64,000 nt of DNA from an uncultured Chloroflexia bacterium (GCA_963712745.1 CAVQJC010000004.1:128001-192000), one strand, 5' to 3'; shown: positions 43,584-53,472, counted from the first letter of the stretch. Notes: generated by a model not told the origin, from the letters alone. Numbers and translations are program-made.

Positions 43584-44645
43584 TCACGACCGGCGGTCCG
43601 CCCGAGGCGGTGCGGTCGACTCCCGGGCGACGAGCTCGACGGGCAGCCGACGGGTCTCGCCCGACGCCCGGTCCGCGGTGCTGGCCGCTGGCTCCCGCCC
43701 GGCCGCGATCCGCTCGTACAGGCTCTCCACGGCCCAGCGGCCCATCTCCGTCGTGGCTTGGCGGATGGTTGTCAGGGCCGGATACATATAGGCCGCGATC
43801 TCTATGTCGTCGAAGCCCATGACGCTGACGTCGTGGGGCACCTCCCGGCCCTCTGCACGGAGGCCGCGGATGGCGCCGACGGCGGTGAGGTCGTTGTAGC
43901 AGAGCAGCGCGGTCGTCCCCGGGTGCAGCTCCATCGCCCGATGGGCCGCACCAGAGCCGCCTTCCGCGCCAGCCTCTGCCGCGATGACCGCAAGCGGTCG
44001 TTGCACACCCAGCCGGCGCAACCCGGCTACGGCACCCTCAAGACGCTCCGCAGCGGCACGGTTGTCCTCGCTCGGAGCGGTGATGTAGACCAGGTGCTCA
44101 TGCCCAAGAGCGAGGAGATGTCCGACGGCGATGCGCCCGCCTTCCACGTTGTCTGAGACGACTGCTGGGACGGCAGCCAAGGTCGACTCACTGTTGACGA
44201 TGACGACGGGGCAGGGGAGTTCGCGGATGCGTTCGCGGTGGCGAGCGCTGAGCTCTGAACTGGCGATGATGAGCCCATCGACTTCCCGCTCGGCGAGCAG
44301 ATCCAATGACTCGAGTTCGCGCTCCGGATCGCGGCGCCCATCGGCCAGCAGCACGGAGTGCCCACGCTCGCGAGCCGCGTCCTCGATGGCCCTGACGATC
44401 TGAGGGAAGTAGGGGTTCTCGATGTCCGTGACGATGAGACCGATGGTGCGGGTGCTGCGCAGCTTCAGCGAACGGGCCACGCCCGACGGCCGATAGCGCA
44501 GGGCGTTCGCTGCCTCTTCCACTCGCGCCCGGGTTGCCGGGTCGACGTTGGCGCTGCGGCGCAGGGTGCGACTGACCGTGGCGGTCGAAACGTCCGCGAG
44601 CGCAGCCACCTCACGGATCGTGGCAGCCTTTCCCTCTCGTACCAT
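43584..44645 (-). CDS. LacI-family transcriptional regulator
   Basis: TIREVA..ADVS.ATVSR, ARSL, NPYF, NDL.A.G, GFDDI, LTTI, RES. Confidence 0.95.
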   Translation of the reverse strand: MVREGKAATIREVAALADVSTATVSRTLRRSANVDPATRARVEEAANALRYRPSGVARSLKLRSTRTIGLIVTDIENPYFPQIVRAIEDAARERGHSVLLADGRRDPERELESLDLLAEREVDGLIIASSELSARHRERIRELPCPVVIVNSESTLAAVPAVVSDNVEGGRIAVGHLLALGHEHLVYITAPSEDNRAAAERLEGAVAGLRRLGVQRPLAVIAAEAGAEGGSGAAHRAMELHPGTTALLCYNDLTAVGAIRGLRAEGREVPHDVSVMGFDDIEIAAYMYPALTTIRQATTEMGRWAVESLYERIAAGREPAASTADRASGETRRLPVELVARESTAPPRADRRS

Positions 44646-44678
44646 CGTGTCCCCCGAGGCGTCGAGGTGGCGGATGCC

Positions 44679-44692
44679 TGTAATCGTTTACC
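44679..44692. promoter_or_regulatory. Putative LacI-type operator between divergent lacI and iolB
   Basis: TGTAATCGTTTACC, near-palindrome with central CG matching TGNAANCGNTTNCA. Confidence 0.65.
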
Positions 44693-44794
44693 TCGTTCGA
44701 CGTATGATGACCCTACGGCGCTCGTGTTGTCACGTGCACCGTGCCGATATGCGCTCTTTGGCGATCACACGGCAGGACAGAGCGGAGTGGGTCG

Positions 44795-45616
44795 TTGAGC
44801 GAACGCCTTCACCTCAAAGCAGGGGACCCAGCGAACGGGCCGGTGCATGCCATCACGCCCGAGGTCGCCGGCTGGCAGTTCGTCAGCTTCTTCGATCACC
44901 GGCTCGGCGCAGGTGGGACGGTCCATCGCCCCGCGGCGGACGTGGAGCGAGCGGTCGTCGTCCTCGAGGGGAGCGCCACGGTGCGCGCTGGCAGCGACCG
45001 TTGGAGCTCGCTCGGGAGCCGTCAGAGCGTCTTCGACGGCCCGGCGCCGCCGGTCCTACTGCTGGAACCGGGCCTCGACCTGGCCGTCGAGGCTGAGCAG
45101 CCAACGAGCCTCATCGTGGCCGAGGCGCCCGCCGCCGAGGTCCGGCGCACACGGCTCTTCGAACCGGCGGACATCTTCGTGGAGACCCGCGGCTCGGGTA
45201 TCACCGAGCGGACGATCCACCATCTGCTGCCGCCGTCGGTAGAGGCTGGCCGGCTCATCCTCTTCGAGGTCTTCACCCCCGGCGGCAACTGGTCGAGCTA
45301 TCCGCCGCACAAGCATGACACCGAGGACCCGCCGCGCGAGGCCTATCTCGAGGAGCTCTACTACTACCGCTTCAAGCGCCCCGAGGGCTGGGGCTTCGCT
45401 CGCGTCTACACCCCGGACCGATCGCTCGACGTCTCGTTCGCGCCCACCGACAGCGACGTCGTACTGGTGCCGCGCGGCTACCATCCCTTCGGCGCTCCCG
45501 CAGGCTATGACGCGTACTACCTCAACGTGATGGCCGGCCATCACCGTGCCTGGCACTTCACGGTCGACCCCGACCACGCCTGGTTGATGGACTGGGACCC
45601 GAACCTGCCCAGATGA
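44795..45616 (+). CDS. iolB: 5-deoxy-glucuronate isomerase
   Basis: GRQSVF-like SRQSVFDG, EVFTPGGNWSSYPPHKHD, LEE.YY, GYHP, YYLNVMAG. Confidence 0.93.
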   Translation: MSERLHLKAGDPANGPVHAITPEVAGWQFVSFFDHRLGAGGTVHRPAADVERAVVVLEGSATVRAGSDRWSSLGSRQSVFDGPAPPVLLLEPGLDLAVEAEQPTSLIVAEAPAAEVRRTRLFEPADIFVETRGSGITERTIHHLLPPSVEAGRLILFEVFTPGGNWSSYPPHKHDTEDPPREAYLEELYYYRFKRPEGWGFARVYTPDRSLDVSFAPTDSDVVLVPRGYHPFGAPAGYDAYYLNVMAGHHRAWHFTVDPDHAWLMDWDPNLPR

Positions 45617-45635
45617 CACCCCAAGGAGAGCACCC

Positions 45636-46718
45636 ATGACGACGCCCACCCCGCTGCAGCGCACCGCGAGCGAGTTCCCGACCGATTACTGGAACGACTC
45701 GTGCAACGAGAGCGAGCTCCGCTACGCCATGGAGAACGGCGCAGTGGGCGCGACCACCAACCCCACCATCGTGGGCACGGTGATGCAGCAGGAGTACGAC
45801 ATCTGGGCTCCCCGAGTAAGGGAGATCGCCGCGCAGAACCCGACCTGGACCGACCAGCAGGTCACCTGGCAGGTCATCGAGGAGATGGCCATCCGCGGCT
45901 GGAAGATGCTCGAGCCGATCTGGAAAGCCAATCACGGCCAGAAGGGGCGTCTCTCCATCCAGATCGACCCGACGCTCAACCGCTCCGTCGACAAGATGGT
46001 CGAGCAGGCGCGCCACTTCGACACCCTCGCGCCCAACGTGCAGATCAAGTTCCCGGCCGTCAAGGCGGGCATCGAGGCCATGGAGCTCGTGACCGAAGAA
46101 GGCCTCAACATCAACGCCACGGTCTCGTTCACCGTGGCCCAGGCACTGGCAGTCGGCGAGGCCATGGAGCGAGCCCTGGCCAAGCGCGAGGCGGCAGGCC
46201 ACGACACATCGTGGATGGCACCGGTGTGCACCATCATGATCGGCCGCACCGACGACTGGGTGAAGGTCTACAACAAGCGCGAGGGCATCACGGTCGACCC
46301 GGCCGCTCCGGACTGGGCCGGCATCGCCGTGTTCAAGCGGGCGGCAGCCATCTTCCGCGAGCGCGGCTATCGCACGCGACTGCTGGCGGCCGCCTACCGG
46401 CATCACCTGCACTGGTCGGAACTCATCGGCGGCGATGTCTCGATGACCATCCCCTACGGCTGGCAGCGTCTGTTCAACGACTCTGCGGTGGAGGTCACTG
46501 ACCGCTGGGAGGACCCCGTGCCCGAAGCCTACGTGCGGGAGCTCAGCGAGCGCTGCCCGGAGTTCGTCAAGGCCTATGAACCCGAGGGGCTGGCTGTCGA
46601 CGAGTTCGCAGCCTACGGCGCGACAGCGCGCACGCTGCGTTCGTTCGTGTCGTCCTACTGGGAGCTGGTGGGAACCATCGACGACCTCCTCATCCCCGAC
46701 CCGGACGTCAAGTCCTAG
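45636..46718 (+). CDS. Divergent transaldolase-family protein
   Basis: WNDS, ATTNP, GRLSIQID, QIKFP (Schiff-base Lys), NINATVSF, MIGR.DD, AAAYR. Confidence 0.85.
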   Translation: MTTPTPLQRTASEFPTDYWNDSCNESELRYAMENGAVGATTNPTIVGTVMQQEYDIWAPRVREIAAQNPTWTDQQVTWQVIEEMAIRGWKMLEPIWKANHGQKGRLSIQIDPTLNRSVDKMVEQARHFDTLAPNVQIKFPAVKAGIEAMELVTEEGLNINATVSFTVAQALAVGEAMERALAKREAAGHDTSWMAPVCTIMIGRTDDWVKVYNKREGITVDPAAPDWAGIAVFKRAAAIFRERGYRTRLLAAAYRHHLHWSELIGGDVSMTIPYGWQRLFNDSAVEVTDRWEDPVPEAYVRELSERCPEFVKAYEPEGLAVDEFAAYGATARTLRSFVSSYWELVGTIDDLLIPDPDVKS

Positions 46719-46769
46719 CCACCCCCATCAGACACGCGGCGGACAAGGAACAAGCGAGGAGGTAGCGAC

Positions 46770-48641
46770 ATGCCACGAGCGACCGTTGCCCAGGCCATCG
46801 TGACCTGGCTGGCCAACCAGTACGTCGAGCGCGACGGCGAGCGAGGGCGTTTCTTCGAGGGTGTCTTCGGCATCTTCGGTCACGGCATCGTGGCTGGCCT
46901 GGGCGAAGCCCTCGAGGCAGCCCAGGACGACGTGCGCTACTACCAGGCCCGCAACGAGCAGGCCATGGTGCACACCGCCGCCGCCTACGCCAAGCAGTCG
47001 AAGCGACTGCGCACGTTCGCCTGCACCACCTCGATCGGACCGGGCGCGACCAACCTCGCCACCGGGGCGGCCAACGCCACGGTCAACCGTTTGCCGGTGC
47101 TGCTGCTGCCCGGCGACCGCTTCGCCACGCGCCGGGTCAAGCCGGTGCTGCAACAGCTCGAACGCCCTGAGGTGGGCGACGTCAGCGCCAATGACGTGCT
47201 CCGCCCGGTCTCGCGCTATTTCGATCGCATCGAGCGCCCCGAGATGCTCATCGATGCCCTGCCCCAGGCCATGCGGGTGCTGACCTCGCCGGCCGAGACC
47301 GGTGCCGTCACCCTGGCCTTGCCGCAGGATGTGCAGGCCGAGGCCTGGGACTGGCCCGAACGGCTGCTGGAGCCGCGTGTCTGGGCCATCCCGCGGCCCC
47401 GACCCGACGCCGATCTCGTGGCTGCCGCGGCCGACCTCATCGCCACTGCCGAGCGGCCGATGATCGTGGTCGGGGGCGGGGTCGTCTACAGCGACGCGGC
47501 CGACGCCCTCGATGGCCTCGCGAGCCGTTTCGACATCCCGTTCACCGAGACCCAGGCAGGTAAGGGCGCGCTGCGCTGGGATCACCCCATGAACCTGGGC
47601 CCCATCGGCTCCACGGGCGGCAGCGCCGGCAACGCGGTCGCCCACGACGCCGACGTGGTCATCGCCATCGGCACTCGACTGTCCGACTTCCCGACCATGA
47701 GCTGGTCGGCCTGGCAGGACCCGGGCGTCCGCTTCGTGGCCATCAACGTGGCCGAGTTCGACGCGCACAAGGCCGCGGCGCTTCCGCTCGTGGGCGACGC
47801 CAGAGCTGCCATCCTCGAACTCCACGCCGCTCTCGACGCCCGCGGCTGGTTGGGAGCCGCTCCCGAGCGCCGTGAGCGTCTCGATCGGCTCCGCCGTGAG
47901 TGGCACGACGAGGTCGACCGCGTGCGCCATCTCGCGGCGGACATACACGTCTCCCAGCCGGAGGCCATCCGGCTCGTGAACGAGGCCCTCGGCGACGACG
48001 GCATCGTGGTCTGTGCGGCCGGCGGCCTGCCCGGCGACATGTACAAGCTGTGGCGTCCGGAGACCCCCGGCAGCTACCACATGGAGTACGGCAACTCGAC
48101 CATGGGCTATGAGATCGCCGGTGGCCTCGGCGTGGCCATGGCCGAGCCCGCCCGGCGAGTGCACGTGATGGTCGGCGATGGCTCATACCTGATGCTCTCG
48201 AGCGAGATCCTCACCGCGCGCCAGGAAGGTGTGGCGCTCACCATCGTGCTGCTCGACAACCACGGCTATCGCTGCATCCGCAACCTGTCGGGCGCCTGCG
48301 GTGGCGAGAACCCCTTCAACGACTTCCGCGCCCGTGACCCGCAGACCGGCACCTTCACCGGCGAAGTGCTGCCCATCGACTTCGCGGCCAACGCGGCCAG
48401 CCTGGGAGCGGTGGTCTTCAGCGCGGCCACCCCCGCAGAGCTGGAGGCGGCCCTGCGCGCGGCCCGGGCGGTCACCGACGGACCGGCGGTCATCGTCGTC
48501 GAGACGAACCCTGAGCCGGGGGTGCCGGCCTACGACAGCTGGTGGGACGTGCCCGTGGCGGAGGTCTCGACGTCCAAGCGTGTGCGCAAGGCGCGCACGG
48601 AGTACGAAGCCAACCTGGCCAGAGAGCGCACGTTCGTATAG
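46770..48641 (+). CDS. iolD: 3D-(3,5/4)-trihydroxycyclohexane-1,2-dione acylhydrolase
   Basis: TVAQA, GIFGHG, RNEQAM, SIGPGATN, AAGGLPGD, YHMEYG.S.MGYEI.G, GDGSYLM, WWDVPV. Confidence 0.95.
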   Translation: MPRATVAQAIVTWLANQYVERDGERGRFFEGVFGIFGHGIVAGLGEALEAAQDDVRYYQARNEQAMVHTAAAYAKQSKRLRTFACTTSIGPGATNLATGAANATVNRLPVLLLPGDRFATRRVKPVLQQLERPEVGDVSANDVLRPVSRYFDRIERPEMLIDALPQAMRVLTSPAETGAVTLALPQDVQAEAWDWPERLLEPRVWAIPRPRPDADLVAAAADLIATAERPMIVVGGGVVYSDAADALDGLASRFDIPFTETQAGKGALRWDHPMNLGPIGSTGGSAGNAVAHDADVVIAIGTRLSDFPTMSWSAWQDPGVRFVAINVAEFDAHKAAALPLVGDARAAILELHAALDARGWLGAAPERRERLDRLRREWHDEVDRVRHLAADIHVSQPEAIRLVNEALGDDGIVVCAAGGLPGDMYKLWRPETPGSYHMEYGNSTMGYEIAGGLGVAMAEPARRVHVMVGDGSYLMLSSEILTARQEGVALTIVLLDNHGYRCIRNLSGACGGENPFNDFRARDPQTGTFTGEVLPIDFAANAASLGAVVFSAATPAELEAALRAARAVTDGPAVIVVETNPEPGVPAYDSWWDVPVAEVSTSKRVRKARTEYEANLARERTFV

Positions 48642-48654
48642 GAAGGGCGAGCCG

Positions 48655-49614
48655 GTGATAGGGAGGGGGAGCCGATCGATCTCGAACGACAAAGGGGCCA
48701 TCAAGGTCGCCGCTGCCCCGGTGTCCTGGGGCGTCTTCGAGCAGACCGAAGGTGACCCGCTGCAGTTGGAGCCGGAGCAGATGCTCGACCAGATGGCCGC
48801 GGCCGGCTATGCCGGGACCGAGCTGGGCCCGCCCGGCTACTTCGGCGACGCGGCGGAGCTCAAGGAGCGACTCGGCACGCGCGCACTCTCGCTGGTGGGC
48901 GCGTTCATGCCGCAACGGTTCAGCCGTGCGGAACACGCCCCGGCGGACCGCGACGCGATGATCGGCATCCTCGAGCTCATGGCCGAGGGACGCCCCGATG
49001 GCGTCATGCCCAAGGCCATCCTGGCGGACGCCTCGCTCGAGCCCGAGCGCATGCGCTGGGCGGGGACGATCCCCGAGCATCCCGAGGCGGCGCTGACGCC
49101 TCAGCGTTTCAGGCTGCTCATCGACAATCTCCATCGGGCTGGCGAGGCGTGCCGAGAGCGCGGCTTCGACCCCGTCCTCCATTTCCACGCGGCCAGCTAC
49201 ATCGAGTCGACCGCAGAGATCCACCAGGTCTTCGATGCGCTCGACACATCGCTCGTGGGCATGTGCCTCGACACCGGGCACGCCCTCTTCGGCGGTGCCG
49301 ACCCACTCGCCTTGCTGAACGACTACTTCGACATCGTCCGGCACGTCCACATCAAGGACTGTGATCTGGCCGTCCTCAACGAGGTGAGTCAGTCCGGCGG
49401 CGGCATGATGGAGGCTTGGGACCGCGGGGTCTTCTGCGAACTGGGGCTGGGCACGGCGGGTCTGGACGGGTTCCTCGATGCGCTGAAGGAACGTCGCTGG
49501 GAAGGCTGGATGGTCGTCGAGCAGGACCGCTTCCTCAAGCCCGATGACACGCCTGAGGCGCTGCTTGAGCTGCACACGCGCAACCGGGAGTGGCTGGCCG
49601 AGCGCGGTCTCTAG
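48655..49614 (+). CDS. iolE: IolE-like inosose dehydratase (start uncertain)
   Basis: APVSWGV, GTELGPPG, HFHAASYIE, CLDTGH, HVHIKD, FCELG.G, W.VVEQD; follows iolD. Confidence 0.75.
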   Translation: MIGRGSRSISNDKGAIKVAAAPVSWGVFEQTEGDPLQLEPEQMLDQMAAAGYAGTELGPPGYFGDAAELKERLGTRALSLVGAFMPQRFSRAEHAPADRDAMIGILELMAEGRPDGVMPKAILADASLEPERMRWAGTIPEHPEAALTPQRFRLLIDNLHRAGEACRERGFDPVLHFHAASYIESTAEIHQVFDALDTSLVGMCLDTGHALFGGADPLALLNDYFDIVRHVHIKDCDLAVLNEVSQSGGGMMEAWDRGVFCELGLGTAGLDGFLDALKERRWEGWMVVEQDRFLKPDDTPEALLELHTRNREWLAERGL

Positions 49615-49622
49615 CGCCATAC

Positions 49623-49655
49623 GAAGCGGCCCCGGGTCAGGCCCGAGGCCGCTTC
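49623..49655. terminator. Hairpin between convergent operons
   Basis: GAAGCGGCC...GGCCGCTTC inverted repeat. Confidence 0.6.
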
Positions 49656-49674
49656 CTGGTCCGGTGAGAGGGAC

Positions 49675-50640
49675 TTATTCGGCGAGGCTCGCGAGGAACT
49701 CGCTGGCTACGACGTCGATGTCCTCCTTGTCCACGGAGATGCGCACGCCGAGCTGGGTGAGCACCTCGGTCGTTAGCGCCTCGGAGACGGGGTCGAGGAT
49801 GGCTGCCACCGCGTCGGCACCGCCGTCGACCAGCTCGAGCACGTCGTTCCTGACGATGGGTACGATGTTGCCGCGAGGCTGGGTCTCGAGGTCGTCCGCG
49901 AGCACGACCCAGCCGTTCAGGGCGATGACCGGTTGCGTGGAGCACAGCCAGGCGACGTCGACGGCGCCGCCCTCGAGCGCGCCGGCCATGACGGGGCCAC
50001 AAGGCGCGATCAGATCGAGCTGGGCCGGCGGCCAGGCGATACCGTAGGCCTCCTCCAGCGCGATGCGACAGGCGGGGTTCGTCTCACAGTCCGGCGGCAG
50101 GCCGAAGCGCAGGCTCTGCTGGGCTGCGGCCAGGTCGCTCATGGCCGAGAGGTCGTACTCGTCGGCCGTCTCGGCGCGCACCACGGCGGCATTGGTGTCT
50201 TCGCCCGCCGTGGGCGCCAGGATGGTGGCACCCACGCCTCGCAGGTCGTAGACCTGCTGCAGGCTCGTGGCGTCAGTCTCGGTATTGCCACTCGACTCGA
50301 TGGCCGCGATGGCCTCGGCAGCGTCGGGAGCGCCGGTGTAGTACTCCAGGCCGAAGCCGACGTACTCGGGCATGAGGTTGATCTGGCCCGAGTCGAAGGC
50401 CGCTTCTCGGACCGGGCGGTCGCCCATGGCCAATCCGGCACGGTCGACGCTGAAGCCTCCGGCCTCGAGTGCCTGCGCATACAGTTCGCCCATCAGCTCC
50501 GCCTCAGCGAAGCCCTGGGTTCCGACGATGAAGACCGGGTCCTCCTGAGCGCTCACGATCGCGCCCCCACCCGCCGTTCCAGCGATCGCGAGCGATGCCA
50601 GGAGCGACGCCCCGAGGGCGAGTCTGCGGGTACTCCGCAT
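49675..50640 (-). CDS. Osmoprotectant (OpuC/ProX-type) ABC transporter substrate-binding protein
   Basis: Signal peptide; VG.QGF.E..LMGELYAQALE, PEY.G, L.DD, N.VP..R. Confidence 0.85.
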   Translation of the reverse strand: MRSTRRLALGASLLASLAIAGTAGGGAIVSAQEDPVFIVGTQGFAEAELMGELYAQALEAGGFSVDRAGLAMGDRPVREAAFDSGQINLMPEYVGFGLEYYTGAPDAAEAIAAIESSGNTETDATSLQQVYDLRGVGATILAPTAGEDTNAAVVRAETADEYDLSAMSDLAAAQQSLRFGLPPDCETNPACRIALEEAYGIAWPPAQLDLIAPCGPVMAGALEGGAVDVAWLCSTQPVIALNGWVVLADDLETQPRGNIVPIVRNDVLELVDGGADAVAAILDPVSEALTTEVLTQLGVRISVDKEDIDVVASEFLASLAE

Positions 50641-50753
50641 GGGTACCTCCCTTGTGCTTTTGGGCGACCGGGCGCCGTGCGGCGACTGCGATCACGCCAA
50701 ACCCTAGCGTAGCCCGTGCTCGATGGGTGTGATGAGCCTCACGAACGGGGGCC

Positions 50754-51503
50754 TCAGGCGGACTCGAGCTCCGAAATGGCCGCGCCCGCGCCGGAACCGA
50801 CCTGGCCGGTCGCGACGCGCACGCCTCGAGGGGTGAGGCGACGTTGCAGCCATGAGAGCAGCGCGTCGATACCGATGGCCAGCCCCGCGACGAGGAACAC
50901 ACCCCCGTATAACATGCCGTCGTCCCGGCGCGCGATGCCGTCGATGAGGTAGCGGCCCAGCCCGCCACCGGCCAGGAAAGCGCCGATGGTGGCCGTGGCG
51001 ATTACCTGCAGCAGGGCTACCCGGAAACCGCCGACCAGCACGGGCAGGGCCAGGGGTAGCTCCACAGCGGTGAGGAGCTGACGTTCGGTCAGGCCCATCC
51101 CGCGTGAGGACTCCTTCAGATCGGTGTCGACCTCCTGCAATCCGGCGTAGGCTGCCACGAGGATGGGTGGGATGGCCAGCAGCACCATGGCCAGGAAGAT
51201 GGGGAAGAAGCGCAGGCCGAGACGCGGGTCGTAGCCGAGCACCGGCGCCAGTCCGAGCATCACCGGCAACAGCATCACCATCACAGCGTACGAAGGGATG
51301 GCCCGCCCGATGTTGGCGATGTTGATGCCGAGCAGCTGCAGCCGGCCGGTGTGGCCGATGTACAAGCCCAGCGGGAGGGCGATAGCGGTAGCCGTCAATA
51401 CGGCCAGCAAGGAGATGGTGAGGTGCTCGACCAGCCGATTGGGGATGCCGGCCTCGCCCTGCCAGTTGGCCCCGTCGGCGAGGAAGGCCACGAGCTGCTC
51501 CAC
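50754..51503 (-). CDS. Osmoprotectant ABC transporter permease
   Basis: RAIPS, ES.RGMG, VELPLALP, GGGLG. Confidence 0.9.
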   Translation of the reverse strand: MEQLVAFLADGANWQGEAGIPNRLVEHLTISLLAVLTATAIALPLGLYIGHTGRLQLLGINIANIGRAIPSYAVMVMLLPVMLGLAPVLGYDPRLGLRFFPIFLAMVLLAIPPILVAAYAGLQEVDTDLKESSRGMGLTERQLLTAVELPLALPVLVGGFRVALLQVIATATIGAFLAGGGLGRYLIDGIARRDDGMLYGGVFLVAGLAIGIDALLSWLQRRLTPRGVRVATGQVGSGAGAAISELESA

Positions 51504-51507
51504 GGCC

Positions 51508-52170
51508 CTACGGGCCCTCCGAGCGCGCGCGTGACCACGGCGTCAGAACTCGTTCGAGCCCGACGAGGAGGCCGTCAACCGCGAAGGCCAGGATGACCGA
51601 GCCGATGGCCCCGAGGTAGATCTTGGTATCGAAGTCATCGCGCAGCCCCTCGGTGATGAACTGGCCCAAGCCACCGAAGTTCCGTCCCCCGACGATGGCT
51701 GAGATGGTCACGAGGCCGATGGTCGTGACCGCGGCCACCCGCACTCCGGCCATGATCAGCGGGATGGCCAGGGGCAACTGCACGCGGAGCAGGCGCGATG
51801 TGTGGGTGTAGCCCATGGCGTCGGCGGCTTCGTTGACCTCTGGTGGGACCGAGCGCAGGCCGGCCACGGTGTTGACGTAGAGGATCAGCAGCGTGTAGGT
51901 CGCGAGCGGGATGATGGCCGTCATCAATGAGAGCCCCGTGATGGGGATGAGGATGGCGAAGGCGGCCAGGCTGGGGATGGTGTAGAGGAGGCCGGTCACC
52001 GCCGTGACCGGTCCCACCGTGCCCGGACGGCGCATGGCCAGCACGGCCAGGGCGAAGGCGATGACGAAACCGGCCACCATGGGGATGACCAGGAGCTGCA
52101 CGTGCTGCCACGTCTTGTCGGCGACGTCGTCGAGATGATCCGCGATCCAGTCCCAGCGGATCTCGATCAT
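51508..52170 (-). CDS. Osmoprotectant ABC transporter permease
   Basis: YTIPSLA, EAA.AMG, LPLA.P.I.AGVR, GGLG. Confidence 0.9.
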   Translation of the reverse strand: MIEIRWDWIADHLDDVADKTWQHVQLLVIPMVAGFVIAFALAVLAMRRPGTVGPVTAVTGLLYTIPSLAAFAILIPITGLSLMTAIIPLATYTLLILYVNTVAGLRSVPPEVNEAADAMGYTHTSRLLRVQLPLAIPLIMAGVRVAAVTTIGLVTISAIVGGRNFGGLGQFITEGLRDDFDTKIYLGAIGSVILAFAVDGLLVGLERVLTPWSRARSEGP

Positions 52171-52173
52171 GAC

Positions 52174-53406
52174 CTAGGCCGACGTTCCCGACGCGGGCGA
52201 ACCTTCCACGACCGTTTCGGCCACGGCCGCGGCGATGTCGTCGGGCACGTCCAGTGAACGGTCGTCGGCCAGCCAGTCGATGACCGTACGCAAGGTGAGC
52301 AGCCCCAGCACACGACCGTCATGATCCACCACCACCCCGTTGCGGACTTCTTCGTCGAGCAGTCGCGAGGTCGCATCCTTCAGTGTCGTCCGCCTGTCGA
52401 GCAGGGGAGACATAGGGTCGGCATGGGCTTCTGCGACGCGCCCGTCAGGAGGAAGGTCGGCCAGCTCCACCCAGCCGATGGGTCGATCCGATCCGTCGAT
52501 CAGCAGCACGAAGTCGAGATCCACGGCCCGCGCACGCTGACGCAGGGCCTGGGTGGTCTCACCCGCGCGCGCCACCGGCGCGTCGGCGAGGGCCACGTCG
52601 CCGACCCGGTAGAGCGAGAGCCGCTTCAGTCCGCGGTCGGCACCCACGAAACGGGCCACGTAGTCGGAGGCGGGGTCCGCCAGCAGTTCTGCCGGCGCTC
52701 CCGCCTGGGCGATCTTCCCGCCCTGCTGCATGACCACCACGAGGTCGCCCATCTTGATGGCCTCGTCGATATCGTGGGTCACGAACAGGATGGTCTTGGC
52801 CAGGTTCTCCTGCAGACGCAGGAACTCGTTCTGCAAGCGCTCACGCACGATCGGGTCGACGGCCCCGAACGGTTCGTCCATGAGCATCACCGGCGGGTCG
52901 GCGGCCAGCGCACGCGCTACGCCCACGCGCTGTCTCTCGCCGCCCGAGAGCTGGCTGGGATAGCGGTCGCGGTACTTGCCTGGCTCAAGCCCCATGAGGG
53001 CCAGCAGCTCGTCGGAGCGGCCCGCCTGCCGCGACTTCTTCCAGCCCAGCAGACGGGGCACCGTGGCCACGTTCTGGGCGATGGTCTGGTGCGGGAAGAG
53101 TCCGACCTGCTGGATGACATAGCCGATGCCGCGGCGGAGCTCGGTGGCGTCTGTCCCGGCGATGTCGGCACCGTCGATGAGGATGCGACCACCGCTCGGC
53201 TCGATGAGCCGGTTGACCATCTTGAGCGTGGTCGTCTTGCCACAGCCGGAGGGGCCCACCAGCACACAGATGCGCCCCGCCGGCACGATCAGTGAGAGAT
53301 CCTCCACGGCACCGGGAGCACCGCTCCTGAGCGTGGCGGCGTCATAGTGCTTGCTGACGTGATCGAACTCGATCGTGGCCGCGCCCGCACCCGTGGCGTC
53401 ATCCAT
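52174..53406 (-). CDS. Osmoprotectant ABC transporter ATP-binding protein with CBS domains (start 53406 or 53418)
   Basis: GPSGCGKTT, LRRGIGYVIQ, LSGGERQR, MDEPFGAVDP, VTHDIDEA. Confidence 0.93.
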   Translation of the reverse strand: MDDATGAGAATIEFDHVSKHYDAATLRSGAPGAVEDLSLIVPAGRICVLVGPSGCGKTTTLKMVNRLIEPSGGRILIDGADIAGTDATELRRGIGYVIQQVGLFPHQTIAQNVATVPRLLGWKKSRQAGRSDELLALMGLEPGKYRDRYPSQLSGGERQRVGVARALAADPPVMLMDEPFGAVDPIVRERLQNEFLRLQENLAKTILFVTHDIDEAIKMGDLVVVMQQGGKIAQAGAPAELLADPASDYVARFVGADRGLKRLSLYRVGDVALADAPVARAGETTQALRQRARAVDLDFVLLIDGSDRPIGWVELADLPPDGRVAEAHADPMSPLLDRRTTLKDATSRLLDEEVRNGVVVDHDGRVLGLLTLRTVIDWLADDRSLDVPDDIAAAVAETVVEGSPASGTSA

Positions 53407-53472
53407 GTCGGGCGACACTAGCGCAAGTGGCGGCGAGTGTGCGTGAGCGCCGGGGCCAGTGCCGGGCCGCCC

